From a virus (Duplodnaviria > Caudoviricetes): a stretch of DNA of 52,034 nucleotides. Shown here in pieces: positions 10,457 to 19,884 of this stretch. Positions within the stretch are counted from its first letter, which is position 1, and every line of letters starts with the position of its first letter. The position numbers and the translations under genes were made by a program. The notes below the pieces were generated by a model. That model was not told the origin of the DNA. It was given only the letters and a program-made list of their open reading frames with translations, and made no database searches. Where the stretch lies: positions 1-52,034 of IMG/VR virus record IMGVR_UViG_3300020530_000010; one strand, 5' to 3'.

Positions 10457-11312
10457 TAGTAATATCCTTTTTAATATTTGATAATAAAGTTTTCACTCTA
10501 TTCTTATTAGTATGTTTTTCTAGAATATGATTTTTAAGCTTGCTGAAATCATTTAGCTTATTATGTGCATTATAGTTTAAAATAATATCATCTTGAAATA
10601 CTTGCTTAATCATAGTTTCAAAATGTGATTTTTGGTCATCATCATCAATATCAAAATATACTTTTGCTCCCATCATTATAGCATCAAAAAATGGTTGAGT
10701 CAAGTAGCCAATATTATCTCTAAATATAATATGATCATAGTATTTATATAGTGTACCAAGAGCCACTTCTGGTAAACAGATATCTACTTCGTTTTTTATA
10801 TTAGAGTTTGTTGTAATAATATGATAACAACCATCATATGTTTTTATAGATTCTTTATTATATACAAAAATAGCTTTATCAATAGAATATTCTACGTTTG
10901 GATTTTTATTTAATAAATTTAGATCTGCGGCTGAACGCAGCGCAATAACATTATTCTTAAGCTTGGGTAAATTTTGCACAGGTGAGTGTGTAAAAAAGAA
11001 TGATGATTTTATATTATTTGTATTAATAAATTTATCTATTGCTGCTATATGTTCTGCCTGTAACGTATTAACACACAGCAACATATCTGTTTTACATGTT
11101 GGATTATTTTCTAAGTAAAAAATTAAATCTTTAGACAAAACTGAGGCGTGTGTTATGTAAATATCTGGATTGTGCTTATCCATAATATCATAAATACTAT
11201 CAAGCGAAGGGTTTGGTACTATAACTCGATGTCCCAATTCTGTTAAAGTGTGGACTATATATAAAGATTGAGTGTCGTTCGTTGTTGAAAAATTATCTAC
11301 TACAATATTCAT
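10449..11312 (-). CDS. Hypothetical protein, degenerate GT-B-like
   Basis: ELGHRV, PDIYI, FFDAIMMG, HILEKHT..RVK resemble GT-B (CgeB-like) segments; within glycan island. Confidence 0.45.
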   Translation of the reverse strand: MNIVVDNFSTTNDTQSLYIVHTLTELGHRVIVPNPSLDSIYDIMDKHNPDIYITHASVLSKDLIFYLENNPTCKTDMLLCVNTLQAEHIAAIDKFINTNNIKSSFFFTHSPVQNLPKLKNNVIALRSAADLNLLNKNPNVEYSIDKAIFVYNKESIKTYDGCYHIITTNSNIKNEVDICLPEVALGTLYKYYDHIIFRDNIGYLTQPFFDAIMMGAKVYFDIDDDDQKSHFETMIKQVFQDDIILNYNAHNKLNDFSKLKNHILEKHTNKNRVKTLLSNIKKDITNE

Positions 11313-12080
11313 TTAAAACCTCTTAATGTCTCTATAGCTCTTGATACTATTTATTTTATAAATAGGGTAATGTTGATTTTTAATATACGCAATGTTATGT
11401 TTCATATTAATTATATCATTTATTGCCTCAAATATAAACTTATTTTTGTAATCTATATTACATAATAAATGTTTCATACAATCTATTGTTTTTGTTTCTG
11501 ATAAAAATAGTATTTCTGACCATGTAAGAGTAGCTCCAAATGACATGTGTTCTACTAAATTATATTCATTAATATTTACGCCTATTTCTAAGTTATCTTT
11601 TGTGTCATTTTCAATAATAATAAAATTATGGTCTAATTTAATATTATCAAAAATAGTAGACTTAAAAATTAAACTACCATCTAATATAAATACCTTGTGG
11701 TTTCGTATATTATTTAAACATAGTCTAAGGCTTTCGCAAGAGTTAGTATTATGGAATAATTGATTTTCAATAAATCTAATATTATCTTTTGCATGATTTA
11801 TTCTAATATACTTATATAAATTTTCTGAATCAAATCCAGTACATATTATTAATTCATAATTTTTAAATTTAGATTTTATGGCTTCTATTTGTATGTCTAT
11901 TAGTTTTTTTCCATTTATTTCAACTAAAGAAGTTGACCCATAAGACTTCATTCTGTGTCCAGGCATATCACATAATAATATAAATGTGATTAGTTCATTC
12001 TTAACTACAGATGCTTTTATGGTACTTCTATTATTTTTTGACCTATTCTTAACTACTGTCAAATATTTTTTTCTACCCAT
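11313..12080 (-). CDS. Nucleotidyltransferase-like protein (LicC/NTP-transferase family), degenerate motifs
   Basis: ILLCDMPGHRMKSYG..SLVEING, CTGF, IENQLFHNTNS..SL. Confidence 0.7.
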   Translation of the reverse strand: MGRKKYLTVVKNRSKNNRSTIKASVVKNELITFILLCDMPGHRMKSYGSTSLVEINGKKLIDIQIEAIKSKFKNYELIICTGFDSENLYKYIRINHAKDNIRFIENQLFHNTNSCESLRLCLNNIRNHKVFILDGSLIFKSTIFDNIKLDHNFIIIENDTKDNLEIGVNINEYNLVEHMSFGATLTWSEILFLSETKTIDCMKHLLCNIDYKNKFIFEAINDIINMKHNIAYIKNQHYPIYKINSIKSYRDIKRF

Positions 12081-12081
12081 A

Positions 12082-12843
12082 TTAGAACTCGGCATAGTAA
12101 TCTGGTTTAGAGAAGTTTAATATTTTATTTGTTACTTCTGTTATATTTTTAGTATTTAATCCCTCTATCTTATAAGACAAATTGGAATAAACGTAATTAT
12201 TTTTTAGTTTTATAACTAATAATCTTTTTAAGTTGTCATTAATTTCACTATTTATCTTAGATAAAATATCAAAATCAACTATATTAGTTGAGCTAATATC
12301 TAAGTGATAAGACTGTTTAGATTTTAAAATAATGTTGTGTTTAAGCTCATCAGCACTATAAAGATAAACATTTAATGTATATATTTTTAATAGTGGTAAA
12401 AGACTCAATATGTCTTTCTTTTTTTCCAATTCCATATTGTCGTTGTGATATATGTGTACGTGTACTTTGTCTGAGCCGTACTCATCTATATGCTTAATAA
12501 ACTCTTTAATCCATTCTAGATATTCATCATTTATAATATCACAATTTAAGAAAATATCAAACGTTAATTTAGCTTCTTGTCGCACCTTTTCAGTATCTGG
12601 AATACCATTATTCCATGAATCCTTATCTCTATAAAAGTTACAAAATTTGTTAATAACATAGAAATTTTTATCTATATCATAAGCTTCAAGAACATTGTCT
12701 GGATTTAAATTTTTGAATTTATCAACTCGGCCATGTAGGCAACCAATTTGTGTGTCCTTTTCATAAACTGCAAAAGCGCAATTTTTACAATTAGTTTGTA
12801 TTATTTTAGAATGATTATTACTTTCTGATAGCGGAAATTTCAT
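12082..12843 (-). CDS. Hypothetical protein with Cys-rich N-terminus
   Basis: CKNCAF...C...CNFYR; within glycan island. Confidence 0.55.
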   Translation of the reverse strand: MKFPLSESNNHSKIIQTNCKNCAFAVYEKDTQIGCLHGRVDKFKNLNPDNVLEAYDIDKNFYVINKFCNFYRDKDSWNNGIPDTEKVRQEAKLTFDIFLNCDIINDEYLEWIKEFIKHIDEYGSDKVHVHIYHNDNMELEKKKDILSLLPLLKIYTLNVYLYSADELKHNIILKSKQSYHLDISSTNIVDFDILSKINSEINDNLKRLLVIKLKNNYVYSNLSYKIEGLNTKNITEVTNKILNFSKPDYYAEF

Positions 12844-13234
12844 ATACAAGTCCTTTGGCTATTGAATATTCTATAGTAAGATTTTTTTGCTTAATAAGTT
12901 TACTAATACTATATCTAGATCTAATAGATTTTATAGGAGCTAACATATTACTAGCATCTTCTTCTGACACCTGTTCAGCGACTATAAGTCTACCAAGTGC
13001 ATCTATGTTTAATCCGCTAATAAATATTTTTCCTCCAAGTCGTAATTTAGATATAATTATATCTAATATTGATTCTACTTTGTCTTGTGGAATATAATCT
13101 ATACCAGTGAATATAATTTCCTCGCAACAATTTGTCACGATATCGTTTAGATCTAAATGATCATTATTGTGTGTGAAATAGTTTTTGTATCCATTTATTG
13201 ATCTAGATGCGTCTGATGTAATGTTAATTTTCAT
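12818..13234 (-). CDS. Short SAM-methyltransferase-like protein
   Basis: IDYIP...IISKLRLGGKIFI resembles class I methyltransferase C-terminal motifs; no clear motif I. Confidence 0.45.
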   Translation of the reverse strand: MKINITSDASRSINGYKNYFTHNNDHLDLNDIVTNCCEEIIFTGIDYIPQDKVESILDIIISKLRLGGKIFISGLNIDALGRLIVAEQVSEEDASNMLAPIKSIRSRYSISKLIKQKNLTIEYSIAKGLVYEISAIRK

Positions 13235-14232
13235 GTATAAAATACCTCATAAGTTTCATCAAATAACTTGTTCCATTTAGTTATAAATTGTTCTTCAGAA
13301 AATAATTCAACAATTGTTTGTCTAGCAGCTTTTCCTAATTGGTGACGTTTTTCTGGATTATTTAGTAGCATAATCAAATAATTTTTTAATTCATTTTCAT
13401 CGTTTGATATAAAGCCATTAATATCATTTTTAATAATTGTAGGTATCATGCATGTAGCAGTTGAAACCACAGCGCACCCGCAGCTCATAGCTTCTAATAA
13501 TGAAGTTGGAATAGGGCTTAATGTAGAACTATTAAAAAATATAGCACACTTATTATATTCATTTACTAACTCTTGAGTAGATTGAGCAGCGACAGATAGT
13601 CCTTCTGTTTCTCCAATCACTTTTGTTGGCAAGTCCTTTGTTACTCTTTGCCAACCATAAAAATTCAAACAATAGTCACGTTTTATAAAATCATTAGCAA
13701 CCGATAGTATGTGGTTTTCTCTATCTTGATTGTTATCATTAAAAGTTTTGGTATCTATTCCATGATGTATAACGTGTGAATCTACGCCAATATTCCAAGA
13801 CGATTGAGAAAATTCTGATATAAAAACATTTACATTACCTATCATAGACTGCATCACGTTAATATTTTCTGCTGGCTGTAATCCGTATAATGGCAATGTA
13901 TGTTCTAACGATATAAATGGTATGCGTAAAGATTGATTAATTTGTTGTAGAACTTGAAATTGACCAAATTTGCTTTGTGATAAAATAAAATCATAATTTA
14001 AGTAAGAGCATAAATCATTTGGTGGCAATATATGATAATTATCTGGAATAGGACATTGAGAAGTATTCCACTTCTTGTGTTGATCTATATTTAGACTATA
14101 AAAGTCATGACCAGTTTTAGACAATTGTGTTTCATACCTTTCGTGTGTAGGTATGGTTAATATTTTATATTTATCTTTTTTCTTAGCAACATTTGCAAAG
14201 CTTATTATCTGCTGCACAGACGAATTAATCAT
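13231..14232 (-). CDS. Glycosyltransferase family 4
   Basis: IHHGID, PTSLLEAMSCGCAVVST, NGF, GKAARQ. Confidence 0.9.
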   Translation of the reverse strand: MINSSVQQIISFANVAKKKDKYKILTIPTHERYETQLSKTGHDFYSLNIDQHKKWNTSQCPIPDNYHILPPNDLCSYLNYDFILSQSKFGQFQVLQQINQSLRIPFISLEHTLPLYGLQPAENINVMQSMIGNVNVFISEFSQSSWNIGVDSHVIHHGIDTKTFNDNNQDRENHILSVANDFIKRDYCLNFYGWQRVTKDLPTKVIGETEGLSVAAQSTQELVNEYNKCAIFFNSSTLSPIPTSLLEAMSCGCAVVSTATCMIPTIIKNDINGFISNDENELKNYLIMLLNNPEKRHQLGKAARQTIVELFSEEQFITKWNKLFDETYEVFYT

Positions 14233-15340
14233 TTAATAAGTTCCTTATTAGTGTAGCAATATTTTCATAATTATATGTTTCACCACGCAATAGCCCAGCA
14301 GTTCTATCTATATTGTCTTTATTATTTAGCATGTATCTCATTGCTCGTTTAGCTAATGATTCGCTTGGAGTAAACCACTCTTCTTTTCCAGAGCATAATT
14401 CCATGAAAGCTGGATCTTGGTGATTACAAATACTATATATTCCATCAATCAGTTTTCCAGTTGATGGATTATCAATATTTATAAATTCTGTTGGCCCACC
14501 AGTTCTGCTGCATATTGGCGTTTTACCAAAACACATTGCATCAAAAGATGGTATAGACCACGCTTCACCATGAGACAAATTAATAAAACAATCACAAGAT
14601 TGATGTAATGACAATATATCACTAGATTTAAGATCTATATTGATTATAACCTCTGGTGGATATTTTGACATATCTTTGTGAATTCTGAGTTCTTTTTTAA
14701 TTTGTTCTATTGTTTTTTTCAAGTGATTGTCTAGTACCGCTGGGTCTATGCCGCTTCTACGTAATTTTAAAACCAAAACTACGCCGTCATCATTAGTAAA
14801 TTCTGAATAATAGCAACGTAAAATAGATTCTATATTCTTTCTGTCATTAAGATCACTAATAGTATAAAATTTAAAATAAGAATCATATTCTTTGAAATTT
14901 ATGTTATTGTGTTTTGTTTTAAATTTATCTAAATTAAAAGTGTGTGGAACGCAATGAACATTACTAATTCCATCATTTTTTAATATATTTTTATAGTCAC
15001 TATTTGGAACCCATACTTCATCCATGTTTTTTAAATTTTCAAACCACAACAAGTGTTTTATAGTATTTGTTTCTCCAGCAAAATAGGCGATATTTTTTTT
15101 AAATTTATTTGTAGATACCAAATGATGGGGTAAAACATGTTGTATACAATAGTCTATATTATCTAAAGACTTAGATTCTAAAGATAATATTTTATCTGGA
15201 ATATCAAATTTATTATTTGTCAATTTTATATCTCTACACACTACATCTATTCCAATGCTATCTAACGCCAAGATATAATCTATGGCGGCTTGTGACCACC
15301 CAGAACCTTCTTTATAATGACCTATATATAATATTTTCAT
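14225..15340 (-). CDS. Glycosyltransferase family 4
   Basis: DEVWVPN, DRKNI, SHGEAWSIPSFDAMCFGK; ATG 15340 overlaps upstream TGA. Confidence 0.88.
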   Translation of the reverse strand: MKILYIGHYKEGSGWSQAAIDYILALDSIGIDVVCRDIKLTNNKFDIPDKILSLESKSLDNIDYCIQHVLPHHLVSTNKFKKNIAYFAGETNTIKHLLWFENLKNMDEVWVPNSDYKNILKNDGISNVHCVPHTFNLDKFKTKHNNINFKEYDSYFKFYTISDLNDRKNIESILRCYYSEFTNDDGVVLVLKLRRSGIDPAVLDNHLKKTIEQIKKELRIHKDMSKYPPEVIINIDLKSSDILSLHQSCDCFINLSHGEAWSIPSFDAMCFGKTPICSRTGGPTEFINIDNPSTGKLIDGIYSICNHQDPAFMELCSGKEEWFTPSESLAKRAMRYMLNNKDNIDRTAGLLRGETYNYENIATLIRNLLND

Positions 15341-16992
15341 TTTATTGTTTCTATCCTTCTTTGTTCCCAATAATTTCTTCTGTGACATAGATTTACCATG
15401 TGATTATAGGCTATATCAAAATCAAATTGACCTCTGTGCATTTTATCATCAAATGCTGCCGAACTTTCGTTATAATACATTCCTCCAACAACAGAAGTTG
15501 TGGTTTTATATATTAAATCACGTACTAGTCTAGCTTCCATAAAAGAATTTATTCGGTGCGGTTCACACAGCACTTCAGATATCAACCATTTTGCTAAATC
15601 TTCATGCTTAACATTATCTGGAAGCTGCTGCGGTTTAGGTGCTGGTTGTTTTATGTTTGGTGCAGATTTCCATCCCAATTGGTCTGGTATTATTTCTTGT
15701 GAATCAAAATAATCCTCCCACATTTTGCCGCTTTTATTCCACTGAAAATGTTCTAAAAATTTTTGTCTACAATTGAATCCCATTCTTTTTCTAATAGATT
15801 CTGGTTTGTCAAAAAATTCTTTAAATATATTGGCAGCTAAATCATTGTCTGGAACCGCTCTTAAGCATCCTGTTTCAAGTTCTTTATACAAAGCTTTGGG
15901 TTTTATTGGGATACCATCTAATTGTCTTAGTACACTTTCCATTGCTGAGTAATCGGTTCCAGCCACCGGAACACCGCAAGCAGCAGCTTCTACCTGTGGT
16001 AAGCCGAAGCCTTCGCAATTGGCGTATTGAACATATATATCAAATAAATTAATAATTTTAGCTAAATCTTCATATGTAAGCCCATTTTTTACATTAGAAA
16101 TGGTAGCACTATATTTCCCACTAAAAGGAGATTGTGCAATAGCTCCACGAAATAATGAAGGAAATGGCTTTTTTGTATCATTACATACATAAGTCAATAA
16201 CACATGAGAAGATAGTTGATATTCTTGAATTAATTCTGGTATATCCCATCCTAAATCTGGATAACTAGTATGACAATATAAAAAGTATTTTCTAGGATTA
16301 TCAACTTTAGATAAAAACTTTTTAAAAGCATCAAATAGATCTGGATATAATTTTCTTCTTTGGTTTCTCATTACTGTGCCAATAATATTACAAGTTGGAT
16401 CTAAACCAAAAAATGATTTTAATTCTAATTTATTTTCAATAGGTTTATAAGCTGGATGTGCAGACGGCGGTGCGCTTCCTAAATAATTAATTTTTCCACC
16501 AGATTGATCCATAATAACGTTTCCAGCCCAATCAGAATATGTTAAACAAGCATTCGCTGATTCATACATTGCCACCCATTCTCTTGCTTGCGGTCGCGCG
16601 TCTACCGTAGGCATTAAAACAAATTTAAAATATTGTCTAAATGGTGATCTATCAATAAAAGAATACATCCAAAAATCTCTAATATCACACACAAAGTCGG
16701 GTCTAAAATCTAGACAAGCTTCTTCAAATCTAAATTCTCCAAATTGATTTGTCGGAACAGAGGCGTATCGCTGCTTATCTTCTTCGCTATCATTTCTATT
16801 TGGCACCACGCCATAAAATTTCCATGGAATATTTTTGGCTTGAGGATCATCTTTTTCGCCATAAGCAGCTAGTTCTGCTAGCTCATATTTTCCCGTGCTA
16901 TGTAAGTAATTTAATATCTCTCTAGTATATGTAGCATATCCAGTATTAAGAAAAGTGGCTTCACTACAAAATAGTATTCTTTTTTTTCTCAT
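15337..16992 (-). CDS. Glycosyltransferase family 4 with C-terminal extension
   Basis: TGYA, RNQRRK, EGFGLPQVEAAACGVPV. Confidence 0.9.
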   Translation of the reverse strand: MRKKRILFCSEATFLNTGYATYTREILNYLHSTGKYELAELAAYGEKDDPQAKNIPWKFYGVVPNRNDSEEDKQRYASVPTNQFGEFRFEEACLDFRPDFVCDIRDFWMYSFIDRSPFRQYFKFVLMPTVDARPQAREWVAMYESANACLTYSDWAGNVIMDQSGGKINYLGSAPPSAHPAYKPIENKLELKSFFGLDPTCNIIGTVMRNQRRKLYPDLFDAFKKFLSKVDNPRKYFLYCHTSYPDLGWDIPELIQEYQLSSHVLLTYVCNDTKKPFPSLFRGAIAQSPFSGKYSATISNVKNGLTYEDLAKIINLFDIYVQYANCEGFGLPQVEAAACGVPVAGTDYSAMESVLRQLDGIPIKPKALYKELETGCLRAVPDNDLAANIFKEFFDKPESIRKRMGFNCRQKFLEHFQWNKSGKMWEDYFDSQEIIPDQLGWKSAPNIKQPAPKPQQLPDNVKHEDLAKWLISEVLCEPHRINSFMEARLVRDLIYKTTTSVVGGMYYNESSAAFDDKMHRGQFDFDIAYNHMVNLCHRRNYWEQRRIETIK

Positions 16993-17303
16993 TATTCTTC
17001 ATCCTGATGGCATAAATCAAATTCATTAATTCTAAATATAATATTTTTATTATCTTTAGATACATTCTTGACAGAAGCATGAACAGTAATTTTAGTTCCA
17101 CGCTGTGCAAATTTTTCAATTGTCTCAGCACCAGTATGCCATGCTTCGCATCTGATAAACGTTGGTGTTCTGGTTTTTTCGCCAGTATTTTTTGATCTTC
17201 TGTAATTATAAATAACCATAGTAAATTCAGCTAATACTATATCGTCTACAATACATATTGCAGGATCGTCAACTAAATATCCGGTAAAGCAACATAAATT
17301 CAT
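16992..17303 (-). CDS. ssb: Single-stranded DNA-binding protein (short)
   Basis: MN...TGYLVDDP, FIRCEAW...AE, GTKITV OB-fold pattern. Confidence 0.75.
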   Translation of the reverse strand: MNLCCFTGYLVDDPAICIVDDIVLAEFTMVIYNYRRSKNTGEKTRTPTFIRCEAWHTGAETIEKFAQRGTKITVHASVKNVSKDNKNIIFRINEFDLCHQDEE

Positions 17304-17317
17304 TGTGTCTCCTTTGT

Positions 17318-18880
17318 TTAAATTTCATGAATTGCATCTATTATAAAAGCGTTATCTTTTCCTGTAACCGATCCACAGAAAATTAAATTATTGCCTTCAT
17401 ATAGAATATATTTATACTTATCTTTTACAGATGGAAATATTATGACATTATCTAATATGCATGTTTCGTCTTCAATAGTCAAAAAGGCCATTATTTTGCC
17501 TTGAGAATCGCCCTTTTTAATCTTATATTCTGATATACGTTGTATATTAGCTACTATGCATAGGTTTTTGCCACGTTTTCCATTTATTATTTCTTTACAT
17601 GTGGTATTAGAGGCTGAAGTATCTGATGTTTCTACTCTAGATATAGATATTGGGCACCCTAAAAATCTGGTTTCTTGGTCAATTACCCAACTAGGATCAT
17701 CTTCTAAATCATATGGTGGATCTATTAGCATTTGAATTTCATTTTCAATTACTTGTTTTCTTTCCGCTTTACTAGTTCCGCCGCCCTCTTTTTTAGTAGG
17801 AGCAAGGCTGGTAAGCGCATCTATTAAATTACTCCATTTATACTTATTGTAATTATTTAGTAGCCAAGTTTTTTCTGATGTTGTTAATCCTTTATATATG
17901 TCATAGTCATACAAGGCTTTATTTCTTGTGATTATTTCAGCAAATCCTTTAAAAAATCCAATAGATGCTAGAGCTTTAAAGGAGGTAGAATTTATTCTTG
18001 GTGTTAAAAATAAAAGTATTTCCAGCCAGCTAAAATCTTTAATTTTTTGATTTAGCTCTTGCTCTATCTCTTGTATACTTTCTACAAGCTTATCGCCAGT
18101 ATTACCAGTTAAAGACTTAATATCTTTAATGCCAAAAAATATAGTATTACCTTTTATATTAAACTTTTTACCATAATTTGATAAATTGGGAGATTTTACT
18201 TCTATATCAAAAAGCTTTGCCTCTGACACTAATTCATATATTTCTCTATGCGGATCTTGTTTTTCATTAGCGTGATATAAATATGATAAAAAGAACTCTT
18301 TAGTATTATGTGCCTTTTGATATGCACTCCAGTAAGAGCAAACGGCGTAACTTACTCCATGACTTTTATTAAATGAATATCTAGAAGATTTTTCAATCCA
18401 TTCAAAAATCTGTTCTGATTCTTCTTTTGTCACAATGCCAACTTTTTCAGATCCAGATATAAAAGCTTTTTTAACCTCGTTCATGAGGTCTGCTTTCTTT
18501 TTGCCAATAGCTTTTCTTAATGCGTCAGCTTCCTTAAGATTAAAACCAGCAACTTTTTCTGCTATTCTCATGCTTTGTTCTTGATAGATTAAAACTCCAT
18601 AAGTTGGTTTTAATATATCTTCTAGAACGGGATGAAAATATGTAACTTCTTCTTTGCCATGTTTTCTATCTACATAATGTTGAGTCATAGATTTACCATC
18701 AACATATGCTTTTAAAGTTCCTGGCCTAATTATACTAATAAGGGCGCACAGTTCTTCTATATTATTTGGTTGCACTTTTTTTGCCCAAGACTTACCAAGA
18801 TTACTTTCAAGTTGAAAAATACCCTTAGTTTTCCCTTCAGCAAACAGTTGCCAAGTTTTTTTGTCATTATAGTCAATCAT
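17318..18880 (-). CDS. dnaE: DNA polymerase III alpha, C-terminal part (fingers, HhH, OB)
   Basis: GIFQLES, IRPG, TYGVLIYQEQ, ADALRKAIGKK, YSFNKSH, MAFLTIED. Confidence 0.93.
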   Translation of the reverse strand: MIDYNDKKTWQLFAEGKTKGIFQLESNLGKSWAKKVQPNNIEELCALISIIRPGTLKAYVDGKSMTQHYVDRKHGKEEVTYFHPVLEDILKPTYGVLIYQEQSMRIAEKVAGFNLKEADALRKAIGKKKADLMNEVKKAFISGSEKVGIVTKEESEQIFEWIEKSSRYSFNKSHGVSYAVCSYWSAYQKAHNTKEFFLSYLYHANEKQDPHREIYELVSEAKLFDIEVKSPNLSNYGKKFNIKGNTIFFGIKDIKSLTGNTGDKLVESIQEIEQELNQKIKDFSWLEILLFLTPRINSTSFKALASIGFFKGFAEIITRNKALYDYDIYKGLTTSEKTWLLNNYNKYKWSNLIDALTSLAPTKKEGGGTSKAERKQVIENEIQMLIDPPYDLEDDPSWVIDQETRFLGCPISISRVETSDTSASNTTCKEIINGKRGKNLCIVANIQRISEYKIKKGDSQGKIMAFLTIEDETCILDNVIIFPSVKDKYKYILYEGNNLIFCGSVTGKDNAFIIDAIHEI

Positions 18881-19217
18881 GATTATTTCTTGATAACAAA
18901 TAGTTCATTGCTTTAGTAACACCGTTTAGATCATCTCCTAGAATGCCAATCGCAGTATTACACTTATCACACAGCCATCCTCTAAATGAATTATCGTAAT
19001 GATTATGATCTAGATGCCAGACTTTAGGGATTTTGCCGCAGCATTCACAAAGTTCTGGCTTTTCTGGTGCCGTTTTATGCAACTCTTTTCTTAGATTAGA
19101 TTGTTCTTTTATACATGATCTACATCGATTGTCAAGTCTGTCTTTATTTTGCTTATGTTTTGGAAATTCATCTATAGATTTAGATTGTTCGCAATATATG
19201 CAAATTTTACTTAACAT
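18873..19217 (-). CDS. Recombination endonuclease VII-type HNH nuclease
   Basis: CIYC...CRSC, then CECC...LDHNH...RGWLCDKCNTAIG. Confidence 0.85.
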   Translation of the reverse strand: MLSKICIYCEQSKSIDEFPKHKQNKDRLDNRCRSCIKEQSNLRKELHKTAPEKPELCECCGKIPKVWHLDHNHYDNSFRGWLCDKCNTAIGILGDDLNGVTKAMNYLLSRNNHD

Positions 19218-19884
19218 ATAGATTCCCGTCAGCAAATGCTCTTTCAAATTTCATATTTTGATATACTGCTCTGTGAGTTTTCATAAGCTTAATAAATATA
19301 TTAGCTTCATCTTTTACGTCTTGTAGAGCGTCGTGAGCATTAATTGTGGACAGACCCATTATTCCACGTAAAGAATCCATACTAATAGACTTTATTGTTG
19401 GATCACCTTCTGTCCAAGCGAATACATTATCCATTATGTCAAACTTATATACTCTACTAAATAATTTTTGCTTTCTTCTATCTTTATCCCAAGGCCCATG
19501 TTCTTCACACAATCTATCCACTATTATCATATCAAAACCAAGAATATTAAAACCAACAGGAATTGGAGCATAAAATGGATCGCCTTTCCAATTATATTGA
19601 TTTACAAATTGAACAAACTTATTCCAGACAACATGAATGGTTGGAGCCTTGGATAAACTTTCTCTTGTTTTTCCTGTTATTTTTAGTGCCTCATCTTCAA
19701 TTGGGTCTAAGCCAAGATCAATGGCTTTAGCGTCATCTAATATTGGCTGAATTTCACTATTAAATTGACCCTTTAGCTTAAAATTTCTACCATCTAAAGC
19801 AAGAGCAGCAACTTGTGTTGGTTGAGTTTTATTTGGATTTCTAGAACCTGTCTCAAAATCAAATACTATATAGTCTCTTTTAAT
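19207..19884 (-). CDS. DEDDh 3'-5' exonuclease (DnaQ/epsilon-like); real ORF longer than the track call, apparent ATT start
   Basis: Manual translation upstream of 19530 is open and gives IKRDYIVFDFETG (ExoI), GFNILGFD (ExoII); AHDALQD (ExoIII) downstream. Confidence 0.88.
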   Translation of the reverse strand: MKRDYIVFDFETGSRNPNKTQPTQVAALALDGRNFKLKGQFNSEIQPILDDAKAIDLGLDPIEDEALKITGKTRESLSKAPTIHVVWNKFVQFVNQYNWKGDPFYAPIPVGFNILGFDMIIVDRLCEEHGPWDKDRRKQKLFSRVYKFDIMDNVFAWTEGDPTIKSISMDSLRGIMGLSTINAHDALQDVKDEANIFIKLMKTHRAVYQNMKFERAFADGNLYVK

